Assembly: GCA_016703225.1 (NCBI GenBank)
Contig: JADJCM010000002.1
Location: forward strand, 504,106 to 528,105
Length of the DNA stretch: 24,000 nucleotides
Reading direction: 5' to 3'
Source of the DNA: Lysobacterales bacterium
GTDB taxonomy: Bacteria; Pseudomonadota; Gammaproteobacteria; Xanthomonadales; Ahniellaceae
Shown: positions 1 to 8,946 of the stretch, in pieces
Layout: each line of letters opens with the position of its first letter
Position numbering within the stretch: the first letter of the stretch is position 1
The notes under the pieces: model-generated
What the model was told of the DNA's origin: nothing
The model's input: only the letters and a program-made list of their open reading frames with translations
Database searches by the model: none
Position numbers and translations under genes: made by a program

Positions 1-1722
1 CTGCAGAAACATGGCGTATTGCTCCGACGAGTTCAGCGTTTGCACGCCGGGCTCGGGTTCGGCCGACCGGGCCAAGGCCAGGCTGCGCCGGATCGCCCGT
101 TCCGCTTCCTGCGGTTCCCCCTGGTCGCGATCGACCATGAACTGCACTTCCTGCGCCAGAGCTTCCACGGCCGGCATTGGGGTGCCGGTGCCGAGTTGCT
201 GCAATGCGGCGGCAAGGACCTGTTCCGCGGCCTCCGTTTGCTTCAGTTGCCGCAGGCTGTCGGCCCATTCGATGCGGCAGGTGATGGCGAGTTCATGGCC
301 GGCACCGTACACCTGGTCGGCAAGCGGGCACGCTGCTTCCAGGTTGGCCCGCCGGGGTTCGTACTGGCGCAGGTCAAGGCGCATCCGCGCCAGCATCTTC
401 AACAACTCGTGGCGGAGGGCGGGTTCCATGCCGGTTTCGGCGCGCACGCGACGTTCGCCCTCCGCGACCAGCGCTTCCGCGGGCACAGGTTGACCGTGGT
501 GGACCTCCGGATCGATGGTGGCAAACAGGTCCATCAGGAACGTGCGGACCGCGGTGGCACGCACGGCCTCGCGCGCGGCTTCGCGGGCTTGCCATGCGGT
601 GGTGGCGGCGCCGGCCAGGATCGCCAGCAACACGGCCGCTGCCGCGGAGACGGCCCAGCGGTTACGGCGCAGGAACTTGCGCGCGCGATACCAAGAGCCC
701 CCCTGGCGTGCCGCTACCGGCTGGCCATTGCGCCATGCATCGAGATCAGCGATCAGGGCATCGACGCCCGGATAACGCTGGTCCGGTTCCTTTTCAAGGC
801 AACGCCGGCAGATCGCGTCGAGGTCGGCATCGGGCTGCCCGGTGTCGCGGGTGGCCGGTGCCGGCACCTCCTCGCAGACCCGGCGCACCAACTCGGCGAT
901 GGGCAGGCCGGACAACGCCAGCGGATCCCGCCCGGACAACACGCGGTGCAGCAGGGCGCCGAGGGCATACACATCGGTGCGCGTGCCCACCGGTTCACCG
1001 CGCAATTGCTCCGGGGCCGCGCAATGGGGCGTTGCTGCGAGATCCTGTGTTTCCGAAGGGCCGGCGCCGTCCGAAAGCACCTTCGCGATGCCGAAATCGA
1101 GCAGGAAGGGTTGGTCCGCACCGTCCACGAGGATGTTCGCCGGCTTGATGTCGCGATGGACGACGAGTTCGCGATGCGCGAGCGAGACGGCGTCGGCGAT
1201 GGCTCGGAATACGGCGAGCCGGGTTGCCCGGTCGGGCTGGCGGGTTTCGAGCCAGCGGTCGAGCGGCTGCCCGTCGATCCAATCGGTGACCAGGAACGGC
1301 CCCAGCGCGGGGTCATCGCCGGCGTCGAGCAGGCGCGCGATCGCCGGATGTACCAGCCGAGCGAGCACCTGCCGTTCCTGTTCGAGGCGACGCGCCGTGC
1401 CGGCCCGGTCGGTGCGGAAGAACTTGATCGCGACTTGCTTCCGGTAACTGCCGTCGGCGCGTTCGGCCAGCCACACTTCGCCCATGCCGCCGCGACCGAT
1501 CGGACGCAGCAGCGACCACGGGCCCACGCGCTGTCCGGATTGCCGGGCGGGCGCGGTTTCGAGGAATCCCCGGGAGGCCTCGATGTCCTCGAGCCAACCT
1601 GCCGCATCGCGGGCGAGATCAGCGGAGACCGCGGCCAGTTCCGCAAGCGCCGCGGCCCGGCCATCGGGTGCCAGCGCCAGCAGGCGATCGACGGCGGCCT
1701 CGAGTTCTTCGAACGGGCGCAC
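1..1722 (-). CDS. Serine/threonine protein kinase with C-terminal membrane-segment/TPR-like region (C-terminus beyond left edge)
   Basis: The real frame is missing from the ORF track because it is open at the left edge. Reverse translation gives a glycine loop 'IGRGGMGEVWLAERADGSYRKQVAIKFF' (~1500-1410) and catalytic motifs 'HRDIKPANILVDGADQPFLLDFGIAK' (~1160-1080). These are followed by 'RKFLRRNRWAVSAAAAVLLAILAGAA', a likely TM segment. Likely GTG start at 1722, directly after the sigma factor stop at 1734. Confidence 0.9.
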   Translation of the reverse strand, partial: MRPFEELEAAVDRLLALAPDGRAAALAELAAVSADLARDAAGWLEDIEASRGFLETAPARQSGQRVGPWSLLRPIGRGGMGEVWLAERADGSYRKQVAIKFFRTDRAGTARRLEQERQVLARLVHPAIARLLDAGDDPALGPFLVTDWIDGQPLDRWLETRQPDRATRLAVFRAIADAVSLAHRELVVHRDIKPANILVDGADQPFLLDFGIAKVLSDGAGPSETQDLAATPHCAAPEQLRGEPVGTRTDVYALGALLHRVLSGRDPLALSGLPIAELVRRVCEEVPAPATRDTGQPDADLDAICRRCLEKEPDQRYPGVDALIADLDAWRNGQPVAARQGGSWYRARKFLRRNRWAVSAAAAVLLAILAGAATTAWQAREAAREAVRATAVRTFLMDLFATIDPEVHHGQPVPAEALVAEGERRVRAETGMEPALRHELLKMLARMRLDLRQYEPRRANLEAACPLADQVYGAGHELAITCRIEWADSLRQLKQTEAAEQVLAAALQQLGTGTPMPAVEALAQEVQFMVDRDQGEPQEAERAIRRSLALARSAEPEPGVQTLNSSEQYAMFLQ

Positions 1723-1733
1723 GGTGGCCGCGC

Positions 1734-2255
1734 TCAGGATCCGGATGCGGCCGGATCGGACAGCGCGCGGAACAACCAGGCGCGGGCCTTGGTCCAGTCG
1801 CGACGGACCGTCGCCGGATCACGCCCCAGCACTTCGCCCACTTCCTCCTCGGTCAGGCCACCAAAGAACCGCAGTACGACGGTTTGCGCCAGCCGCGGGC
1901 TGGCCTGTTCCAGTTGTGCCAACGCCTGGTGAACGGCGAGGGCCTGCACGGACACCTGTTCGTCGGTGTCGGCCAGCGTGATGTCGTCAAGCGGCACGTG
2001 CGCGGCGCCTTCGCCACGTTTGCCGGCAAGGGTGCGTCGCGCCCGGTCGATGATGATCTGGCGCATCGACTGCGCCGCGAGCGCGAAGAAGTGCGCCGGG
2101 TCCGTGGGTGCCTCGATGTGCGCCGCGCTGAGTTTCAGGTAGGCCTCGTGCACGAGACCGGTGGTATCAAGCGTGGCGGAGGCATTCAGGGACTGCCGGT
2201 GCTTGCGCGCAACGCTGCGCAGTTCCCCGTGCAGCACGGCGAACAACTCGGCCAT
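1734..2255 (-). CDS. ECF-type RNA polymerase sigma factor (the subfamily often paired with Ser/Thr kinases)
   Basis: ORF protein 'MAELFAVLHGELRSVARKHRQSLNASATLDTTGLVHEAYLKLSA...MRQIIIDRARRTLAGKRG...RLAQTVVLRFFGGLTEEEVGEVLGRDPATVRRDWTKARAWLFRAL'. Sigma region 2 and region 4 HTH are recognisable. The start is uncertain: ATG 2255, or an upstream GTG at ~2336. Confidence 0.88.
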   Translation of the reverse strand: MAELFAVLHGELRSVARKHRQSLNASATLDTTGLVHEAYLKLSAAHIEAPTDPAHFFALAAQSMRQIIIDRARRTLAGKRGEGAAHVPLDDITLADTDEQVSVQALAVHQALAQLEQASPRLAQTVVLRFFGGLTEEEVGEVLGRDPATVRRDWTKARAWLFRALSDPAASGS

Positions 2256-2427
2256 GCGCGTGACCGACCGCGCCCGGTCGGCCAGGGTGGCGGTGAGCGT
2301 GGCGAAGGTGTCGGGCGGCAGGTCGGTCGGGTCCACCGGCGGATTATGGCGGTCGCTCCGCCCGGATGCGCGGTTTTTCCGGGTTCCTGCGATACGGCAT
2401 TCAAGACCCCGACCAGGAGCCCCTGCC

Positions 2428-3915
2428 ATGACCCGATCCACTCGCTTTCCGATCCGCTGGACCGCCCTGCTGGTGCTGGTCCTGATCCCCATCCTTTGCC
2501 AGGCTCCGGCCTCCGCCGCGACATTGACCTGGCCGGGCAGCGCCCCCTGTGACACGACCCTTCAGGCCTGCGTGGACGCCGCTGCGATCAACGATGTGGT
2601 GCAGATCGGCAGTGGTGCCGGCGAGATCACGGACTCGCTGGTGATCTCGAAGCCGATCACGCTGCGCAGCGCGCCGCTGGCGCGCGGGCGCTTTCGGAAC
2701 ACCACCGTCAGCATCCAGTCGTCCTTTGCTGGCACCGGCAATGTCAATGTGCTGGAGAATGTGCAACTGATCAACACGCCGATCTCGGTCAGCCTGGGCA
2801 GCAACGAGCCGATAGATCAGCACGTGGTTGAACTGAATCAACTGGACATTTCCGGCCTGGCCGGCCTAACGGCGGGGATCTCGGTCGCCACGCCGCAGAC
2901 GGCCTCGCAGAAGACCCTGCGCATTCGCCACCTGCGTTTCGTGGGCGGTCATGGCGTGGGCTACAATGGCAGTCCGCCGTCTGTTTCCGTGGAAATCGCC
3001 GACAGCCAGTTCATCAAGACGACCGTGGAGCGTGACCCAGTTACGTTCGTGCTGGACGGCAACCAGCAGTTCAGGTTTCGACGGAATCGAATCGAATCCC
3101 TGAATCACGATATCGGAGCTTGCTTGACCCTTCACGCGCTCGCTGGCGCGACCGTCAGTGCAGAGATCGACCGCAACCTCATCAACGGTTGCGAAGCGGG
3201 GGTCAGCTTGGTCGCCCAATCCGGCGCAACAGCATTGCAAGCCAGGGTCCGCAATAACACGATCCGCACGCGGCTGTTCGGTGTCACCGTTTCGGGCACT
3301 TCGGCGAGCGCAGAGGTGGACAACAATATCTTCTCAAGGGTCGCGACGTTTGGCGTGGAAAAGTTCGCTGGCGCGCAGGTGCTGGCTGCGCACAATCTCT
3401 ATCACCAGACGCCGCAGACCTTGGTTGGTGAAATCGGCTGGGTGGTGGCAGACCCGTTGTTTGCGTCAACCTACGATTTTCATCTGACTCCGGCTTCGCC
3501 GGCGATCAATGCCGGACTTGCGTCATCGATCCCTGCAGGCGGTGATTTCGACGGTGTGACCGGCACGGTTCCGACCATTGGTGCCCACGACTATCAATTC
3601 GGCGGCGCCGACCTGCATAGGGCGACGGCTGAAAACTCCGTCTCCAACATCACCAACTTGCCCACGTCGATGTCGCGGCCGTTGAGTGAGGTCATGGTGC
3701 AGAGCGTGATCGAAGGTTTCCCATTGCCGGCTTGGGCACCCAACCATTTGGGCGTATACAGCTTCATCACAGCGCCGTCTCGCACGGTGATTTTCAGCCA
3801 GAACCAACAGTCGATTTCGCCACCGCGGCAGTTCTTCGTGCTCGACAGCAATCGCCACCAGACGCTGTCGCATACAGCCGATGTGAGCAATATCAGTGCG
3901 CATGTCGCTACTTGA
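2428..3915 (+). CDS. Secreted right-handed parallel beta-helix protein, N-terminal part (frame broken at ~3912)
   Basis: Signal peptide 'MTRSTRFPIRWTALLVLVLIPILCQAPASAA'. Beta-helix style body, then 'ADPLFASTYDFHLTPASPAINAGLASSIPAGGDFDG', typical of the end of such domains. Internal ATG at 2428 is preferred over the track start at 2161, which overlaps the divergent sigma gene. Confidence 0.75.
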   Translation: MTRSTRFPIRWTALLVLVLIPILCQAPASAATLTWPGSAPCDTTLQACVDAAAINDVVQIGSGAGEITDSLVISKPITLRSAPLARGRFRNTTVSIQSSFAGTGNVNVLENVQLINTPISVSLGSNEPIDQHVVELNQLDISGLAGLTAGISVATPQTASQKTLRIRHLRFVGGHGVGYNGSPPSVSVEIADSQFIKTTVERDPVTFVLDGNQQFRFRRNRIESLNHDIGACLTLHALAGATVSAEIDRNLINGCEAGVSLVAQSGATALQARVRNNTIRTRLFGVTVSGTSASAEVDNNIFSRVATFGVEKFAGAQVLAAHNLYHQTPQTLVGEIGWVVADPLFASTYDFHLTPASPAINAGLASSIPAGGDFDGVTGTVPTIGAHDYQFGGADLHRATAENSVSNITNLPTSMSRPLSEVMVQSVIEGFPLPAWAPNHLGVYSFITAPSRTVIFSQNQQSISPPRQFFVLDSNRHQTLSHTADVSNISAHVAT

Positions 3916-4415
3916 ACTGGGCGCCGCTGAATGGCAATCCGTTCGCCAAACCCGTGGTGGTGCAGCGCGCGGTGCCCGTGGGTGGCGTGCTGAATGATCA
4001 TCCCATTGGTGTCTGGTACGACAGCTTCAACGCCCGCTGGGCGGTCTTCAATCAAGATATGGTCGTCATGCCGCCAGGGGCGATGTTCGATGTCACATTG
4101 GCCAATGACTTCGTGCCCTATGCCTTCACCGCGGCGGCCGCAGTCAGCCCCAGTCTGGACTTGATCCTGGACCACCCGCTTCTGAACAATTCCCCCTGTG
4201 CAGCCGTATTCGTTACGCCCGTTTTCCAAGGCACCTACTTGCCTTCCACCGTGCATGTACGCTATCGACCGACGACCCATGATGGTGGGCGCTGGACGGT
4301 ATTGCGCGGGGATGGCGAACTGTTTCAAAGCGGCATGGACATGAACGTTTATGTGGATCCCGTGCGCTCCAGATCCTGCCTTTCGGACGGCTTGTTCGGC
4401 GACAGTCTGGAATAG
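3912..4415 (+). CDS. C-terminal part of the same secreted protein in the -1 frame ('LNNHPIGVWYDS..WAVFNQD' type repeat domain)
   Basis: Frame -1 continues 'LNWAPLNGNPFAKPVVVQRAVPVGGVLNDHPIGVWYDSFNARWAVFNQDMVVMPPGAMFDVTL...', the expected continuation of '...RQFFVLDSNRHQTLSHTADVSNISAHVAT' in the upstream frame. Confidence 0.7.
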   Translation: MNWAPLNGNPFAKPVVVQRAVPVGGVLNDHPIGVWYDSFNARWAVFNQDMVVMPPGAMFDVTLANDFVPYAFTAAAAVSPSLDLILDHPLLNNSPCAAVFVTPVFQGTYLPSTVHVRYRPTTHDGGRWTVLRGDGELFQSGMDMNVYVDPVRSRSCLSDGLFGDSLE

Positions 4416-4435
4416 GTGCGCCAAGGGTGCCGTCG

Positions 4436-4462
4436 GCGCACTTGACCGACCGTCAAGTGCGC
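4436..4462 (+). terminator. Perfect 11-bp stem-loop downstream of the beta-helix gene (possible terminator, no U-tract)
   Basis: gcgcacttgac-cgacc-gtcaagtgcgc, 21 nt after the stop codon. No T run follows, so the terminator role is uncertain. Confidence 0.5.
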
Positions 4463-4680
4463 ACCGGACGGTTTGGGCCGCCTACGAATCGATGGGCCAT
4501 ACGGATTTCGGCGGCTTTGGCGGGTGGTGGCTTGAGCGCCGAGGCGCTTGGCCGCTCCTAAGCTTGGCGATGCGGGTGCAGGGGGATGGGACCGAATCGC
4601 CGCTGCGAGGCCGACTGGACGCGCTGACCGGGCTCGGGCCGGTCATGATTCCGACACGCTGTCGCAACAAATCGGCGGCG

Positions 4681-4698
4681 GTGTCATAAAGCAGTCAA
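4681..4698 (+). promoter_or_regulatory. PHO box (PhoB binding site) upstream of the phosphate operon
   Basis: gTGTCATAAAgCaGTCAa is close to the enterobacterial PHO box CTGTCATAAAKCTGTCAY. It lies 48 nt before the porin ATG, with a plausible -10 (caatac/aataca) at ~4706-4712. All six downstream genes are typical Pho-regulon members. Confidence 0.82.
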
Positions 4699-4746
4699 AT
4701 CCCGGCAATACAGTGCGCGCCCGTCCGTCACCCTGGGGTCGCCGCT

Positions 4747-5859
4747 ATGTCACATATTCGTCGTTTGTCCGTTCTTGCCGTTGCCAGTGCGCTTTCCCTG
4801 CCGGCGCATGCCGAGTACCAGTTCGATCGCATTGGCGAATATGACGCTTTTGTGGACGGTGTCCTGCAGACCGATGCCAACTGGTTCGACGACGACCATC
4901 GTGATTTCGTCAACGATGCCGAGTTCCGTCGTGCCGAGATCATCTTCCGCCTGAAGAACGAGAAGAACACCGAGTTCTACGTCGGCTACGACCCGCGTGC
5001 CGACAAGTGGCTTGATGTCTACGCCAAGTTCATGATGGGCCCGGGCGGCCAGGTTCGCGTCGGCCAGTACAAGCAGAACATGAACATGGAAGAGCTGATC
5101 TCGACCAAGAGCATCGACTTCGTGTCGCGAGCGCTCCCGAACCTGTTCACGATCGGACGCCGTCTCGGCGTCGACTACATGCAGTTCGGCAGCAATTGGA
5201 CGGCATCGATCGGTGTGTACGATCGCGAGTTGACCAACAATGCCGGCAAGGGCACCGGCGTCATCGCCCGTGCCACCTACGCGCCGATCTACGAACTCGA
5301 GGAAACGCTGCATTTCGGTATCGCGGCGCTGTCGCAGGAACAGGCCAAGGGCGTCGCACGCTTCTCCACCCGCCCGGAAGCCGATCTCGCGAATTTCCGA
5401 TTGGTCGACACCGGTAATCTGGCGGGGGCCGAGCGCAACAACCAGATCGGACTCGAAGCCGCCTACTCGAATGGCCCATGGGCGGTGCAGGGCGAATACC
5501 TGCGCGCCGATGTGTCGCGCGGCGCCGGCTTCGACAACTATGTGGCTGACGGCTACTACGTGTACGGCACCTGGTTCGTGACCGGCGAGTTCAAGACCTA
5601 CAAGCAGGGCGTGTTCAGCTATCCGGTGCCGAACGATCCGGGCAAGGGTGCGCTGCAACTCGGCCTGCGCTATTCGGCGGTCAACCTCGACGATGGCGCC
5701 GTGCTCGGTGGTGAGGAACAGAACTGGACCGTCGGTGCCAACTGGTACTGGCGCTCGAACTTCAAGCTCTCGCTCGACTACACGGCGGTGAGCAGCGAGA
5801 AGGCGGGCGTTTCCGACGACCCCAATCTCGTTACCGCCCGCTTCCAGTTCATGTTCTGA
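4747..5859 (+). CDS. Phosphate-selective porin O/P family outer-membrane protein
   Basis: Signal peptide 'MSHIRRLSVLAVASALSLPAHA', aromatic/charged beta-strand pattern, C-terminal 'LVTARFQFMF' ending in F. Directly upstream of pstS and downstream of a PHO box. Confidence 0.88.
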   Translation: MSHIRRLSVLAVASALSLPAHAEYQFDRIGEYDAFVDGVLQTDANWFDDDHRDFVNDAEFRRAEIIFRLKNEKNTEFYVGYDPRADKWLDVYAKFMMGPGGQVRVGQYKQNMNMEELISTKSIDFVSRALPNLFTIGRRLGVDYMQFGSNWTASIGVYDRELTNNAGKGTGVIARATYAPIYELEETLHFGIAALSQEQAKGVARFSTRPEADLANFRLVDTGNLAGAERNNQIGLEAAYSNGPWAVQGEYLRADVSRGAGFDNYVADGYYVYGTWFVTGEFKTYKQGVFSYPVPNDPGKGALQLGLRYSAVNLDDGAVLGGEEQNWTVGANWYWRSNFKLSLDYTAVSSEKAGVSDDPNLVTARFQFMF

Positions 5860-5869
5860 GGACACGACC

Positions 5870-6889
5870 ATGTTGCGCATGCTCAAGAGCAAGTTGCTCG
5901 TCGCCCTGGTTGCGCTCAGCGCCTGCGGCATCGCCCCGGCCGCCGACGTGATCGGCGCCGGATCGAGCTTCGTTTACCCGGTCATGGCCAAGTGGTCGGC
6001 CGACTATCGCGCCGTCACCCAGACCAGGATCAACTACCAGGCCATCGGCTCGGGTGGTGGCATCGCCCAGATCAAGGCCAGGACGGTCGACTTCGGCGCG
6101 TCCGACAAGCCGCTCGATACCGCCGAACTGGCCGCCGCCAACCTGGTGCAGTTTCCGCTGGTGATCGGCGGCGTGGTGCCGGTGGTCAATGTCGCCGGCG
6201 TCACGCCGGGTGGCATCCGCTTCAACGGCCCGGTGCTGGCCGACATCTTCCTCGGCAAGATCAAGCGCTGGAACGATGCCGCCATCGTCGCGCTCAATCC
6301 GGGCGTCACCCTGCCGGATCAGGCGATCACGGTCGTGCATCGCTCGGATGGCTCGGGTACTACCTTCAACTTCACCAATTACCTGGCCAAGGTCAGCGGC
6401 GAGTGGAAGAGCAAGGCGGGCGAGGGCATCACCGTGCGCTGGCCGGTCGGTATCGGCGGCAAGGGCAATGAAGGCGTGTCTGCTTACGTGAAGCAGATCA
6501 AGGGCGGCATCGGTTATGTCGAGCTGACCTACGCGCTGCAGAGCAAGTTGAGCTACGCGCTGCTGCAGAACGCAGCCGGCGAGTTCGTCGCGCCGAACGA
6601 AGAGAGCTTCCAGGCCGCCGCCGACAGCGCCGAGTGGGACAAGGCGCAGGACTTCAACCTGGTGATCACCAATGCGCCCGGCGCCAAGGCCTGGCCGATT
6701 GCCGCAACCGTGTTCGTGATGATGTCCAAGCAGCCAAAGAACGCCGAGAATGCGAAAGCCGCGCTCGCCTACTTTGACTGGGTGTTCGCCAACGGCGCCG
6801 CGCAGGCGAGTGCGCTGCATTACGTCTCGCTGCCGGCCAAGGTGCAGGCGCAGGCGAAGGCGCACTGGACGGGGGCGTTGAAGTACTAA
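5870..6889 (+). CDS. pstS: Phosphate ABC transporter substrate-binding protein PstS
   Basis: 'ADVIGAGSSFVYPVMAKWSADY...INYQAIGSGGGIAQIKARTVDFGASDKPL', '...HRSDGSGTTFNFTNYL' are PstS signatures. Confidence 0.97.
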   Translation: MLRMLKSKLLVALVALSACGIAPAADVIGAGSSFVYPVMAKWSADYRAVTQTRINYQAIGSGGGIAQIKARTVDFGASDKPLDTAELAAANLVQFPLVIGGVVPVVNVAGVTPGGIRFNGPVLADIFLGKIKRWNDAAIVALNPGVTLPDQAITVVHRSDGSGTTFNFTNYLAKVSGEWKSKAGEGITVRWPVGIGGKGNEGVSAYVKQIKGGIGYVELTYALQSKLSYALLQNAAGEFVAPNEESFQAAADSAEWDKAQDFNLVITNAPGAKAWPIAATVFVMMSKQPKNAENAKAALAYFDWVFANGAAQASALHYVSLPAKVQAQAKAHWTGALKY

Positions 6890-6897
6890 GCATCCGA

Positions 6898-7010
6898 CTC
6901 CCTCCCTTGCGCGCGCAGCGCGGAGGGGAGGGTTGGGGAGGGGTGCTTCAGGCATCGCCGAAGAGCGACCCCCTCCCGGCCTCCCCCTCGCTGCGCGAAG
7001 GGGAGGAGTT
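6898..7010. repeat. Composite GC-rich inverted repeat / REP-like intergenic element between pstS and pstC
   Basis: Two hairpin-forming blocks: ctccctccc...ggaggggaggg (6898-6932) and ctccccctcgctgcgcgaaggggag (~6981-7006). They are connected by ttggggaggggt...accccctccc, which are themselves complementary. Confidence 0.6.
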
Positions 7011-7032
7011 TCAGCCTCGCGGGATTGCAGTC

Positions 7033-7998
7033 ATGCAGGAAACCCTCATCGCCGCCGCCGAACGGCGCGCATCGCGCGATGCGCGCCACGACCGCAGCTT
7101 CCGCTGGATGCTCGCGGGCGCCGGGCTGTTCGTGTTGCTCGCGCTCGGCGGTGCGGCCTTGTCGATGTTGTGGGGCGGGCGCGAAGCGTTCGCGACCTTC
7201 GGCTTCGACTTCATCACCAGCGCGCAATGGGATCCGATCGGCCAGCAGTTCGGCGCATGGGTACCGATCTACGGCACGCTCGTCACCGCGGCGATCGCGA
7301 TGATCATCGCCATCCCGATCAGCTTCGGTATCGCGTTGTTCCTGACCGAAGTCGCACCGACCTGGCTGCGCACGCCGGTCGGTACCGCGATCGAATTGCT
7401 GGCCGGCATTCCGTCGATCATCTACGGCATGTGGGGCCTGTTCGTGTTCGTGCCGATGCTGGCCGAGCATGTTTATCCCTGGGTGGATGCGAACCTCGGC
7501 CAGTGGCCGATCGTCGGCAGCCTGTTCGCCGGGCCGCCGCTCGGCATCGGCACGCTGACCGCGGGCCTGGTGCTGGCGATCATGGTCGTGCCGTTCATCT
7601 CCTCGGTGATGCGCGACGTGTTCCTGACCGTGCCGACGCGACTGAAGGAATCGGCCTATGCACTTGGCTCGACGCGTTGGGAAGTGGTCTGGGATGTGGT
7701 GTTGCCGTACACGCGTTCGGCGGTGATCGGCGGCATCTTCCTCGGCCTTGGGCGTGCGCTCGGCGAGACCATGGCGGTCACCTTCGTGCTCGGCAACGCG
7801 CATGAACTCTCGACCTCGCTGCTGATGCCGGGCAACTCGATCGCCGCCACCATCGCCAACGAATTCGCCGAAGCCGACACCGATCTCTATCGCAGTTCGC
7901 TGATCGCGCTCGGCTTCCTGTTGTTCGTGGTCACTTTCATCGTGCTCGCGGTGGCCAAGCTGATGCTGCGTCAGCTCGCCAAGCGGGAGGGCAGCTGA
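7033..7998 (+). CDS. pstC: Phosphate ABC transporter permease PstC
   Basis: '[12 protein letters not shown]...[84 protein letters not shown]...'. The track start at 6907 reads through the intergenic repeat, so ATG 7033 is preferred. Confidence 0.96.
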   Translation: MQETLIAAAERRASRDARHDRSFRWMLAGAGLFVLLALGGAALSMLWGGREAFATFGFDFITSAQWDPIGQQFGAWVPIYGTLVTAAIAMIIAIPISFGIALFLTEVAPTWLRTPVGTAIELLAGIPSIIYGMWGLFVFVPMLAEHVYPWVDANLGQWPIVGSLFAGPPLGIGTLTAGLVLAIMVVPFISSVMRDVFLTVPTRLKESAYALGSTRWEVVWDVVLPYTRSAVIGGIFLGLGRALGETMAVTFVLGNAHELSTSLLMPGNSIAATIANEFAEADTDLYRSSLIALGFLLFVVTFIVLAVAKLMLRQLAKREGS

Positions 7999-8852
7999 TG
8001 GCCACCGACCTGATTTTCCTGAAGCGCCGCATCATCAATGCCGTCGCGCTGCTGCTCTCGGCCTGCGCCGCCGTGCTCGGGCTGGCCTTCCTCGCCTGGA
8101 TCCTGTGGACGACGCTGAGCAAGGGCATCGCCGCGTTCAGCCCGACCTTGTTCACGCAGATGACGCCGCCACCGGGAGAGGCCGGAGGCCTCGCCAATGG
8201 GTTGTTCGGGAGCCTCGTCATGTGCCTGCTGGCGACCGCGATCGGCACCCCGATCGGCATCGCCGCCGGCACCTTTGTCGCCGAATACGCCGACCGCCAC
8301 TGGGTCGGTACCACCATCCGTTTCGTCAACGACATCCTGTTGTCGGCGCCGTCGATCGTGCTCGGCCTGTTTGTCTACACCCTGGTGGTGCGACCGATGG
8401 GCGGTTTCTCCGGTTTCGCCGGTGCCCTCGCGCTCGCCTTCATCGTGTTGCCGGTGGTGGTGCGCACCACCGACGACATGCTCAAGCTGGTGCCATCGCA
8501 GATGCGCGAAGCCGCGCTCTCGCTCGGCATTCCGCAGTGGAAGGTCACCATGCAGATTCTCTATCGCGCTGCTGCACCCGGCATCGTCACGGGTGTCTTG
8601 CTCGCACTCGCGCGCATCAGCGGCGAGACCGCGCCGCTGCTGTTCACCGCGCTCAACAACCAGTACTGGAGCTCGGACATGAGCGAGCCGATCGCGAGTG
8701 CACCGGTGGTGATCTTCCAGTACGCGATGAGCCCGTTCGAGGACTGGCATGCGCTGGCCTGGGCAGGCGCCTTCATCATCACCGTGTTCGTGCTGGCGCT
8801 GTCGCTGTTCGCGCGCCTGGTGCTGCTTCGAAAACGCGTGGCCCATGACTGA
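7998..8852 (+). CDS. pstA: Phosphate ABC transporter permease PstA
   Basis: '[39 protein letters not shown]...[23 protein letters not shown]...'. Start overlaps the pstC stop by 1 nt (tgAtg). Confidence 0.96.
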   Translation: MATDLIFLKRRIINAVALLLSACAAVLGLAFLAWILWTTLSKGIAAFSPTLFTQMTPPPGEAGGLANGLFGSLVMCLLATAIGTPIGIAAGTFVAEYADRHWVGTTIRFVNDILLSAPSIVLGLFVYTLVVRPMGGFSGFAGALALAFIVLPVVVRTTDDMLKLVPSQMREAALSLGIPQWKVTMQILYRAAAPGIVTGVLLALARISGETAPLLFTALNNQYWSSDMSEPIASAPVVIFQYAMSPFEDWHALAWAGAFIITVFVLALSLFARLVLLRKRVAHD

Positions 8853-8946
8853 GCTTCGTGCCGCCTACGTCCCGACGCTGTCGCCGTTCGTGCGTCAGGT
8901 CCTGCTTTGCAAGCGAGTCGCCCATGACTGAGCTCCGTACCGCCGT
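8797..8946 (+). repeat. Imperfect tandem duplication (unit offset 79 bp) of the pstA/pstB stop-start junction
   Basis: 8798-8865 'gctgtcgctgttcgcgcgcctggtgctgcttcgaaaacgcgtggcccatgactgagcttcgtgccgcc' aligns without gaps to 8877-8944 'gctgtcgccgttcgtgcgtcaggtcctgctttgcaagcgagtcgcccatgactgagctccgtaccgcc'. That is 12 mismatches in 68 by hand count. Confidence 0.9.

Noticed and set aside
753-1664. 303-aa minus-strand ORF
   Set aside because: Out-of-frame shadow of the kinase; the correct frame shows GRGGMGEVW and HRDIKPAN motifs.
19-1932. 637-aa plus-strand ORF
   Set aside because: Antisense to the Ser/Thr kinase/sigma unit; no recognisable motifs.
4750-5931. 393-aa minus-strand ORF opposite the porin
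   Set aside because: Antisense to a clear signal-peptide-bearing porin.
6907-7032. N-terminal extension of the track's pstC ORF (MRAQRGGEGWGG...)
   Set aside because: Translation of the intergenic repeat; PstC homology begins at ATG 7033.
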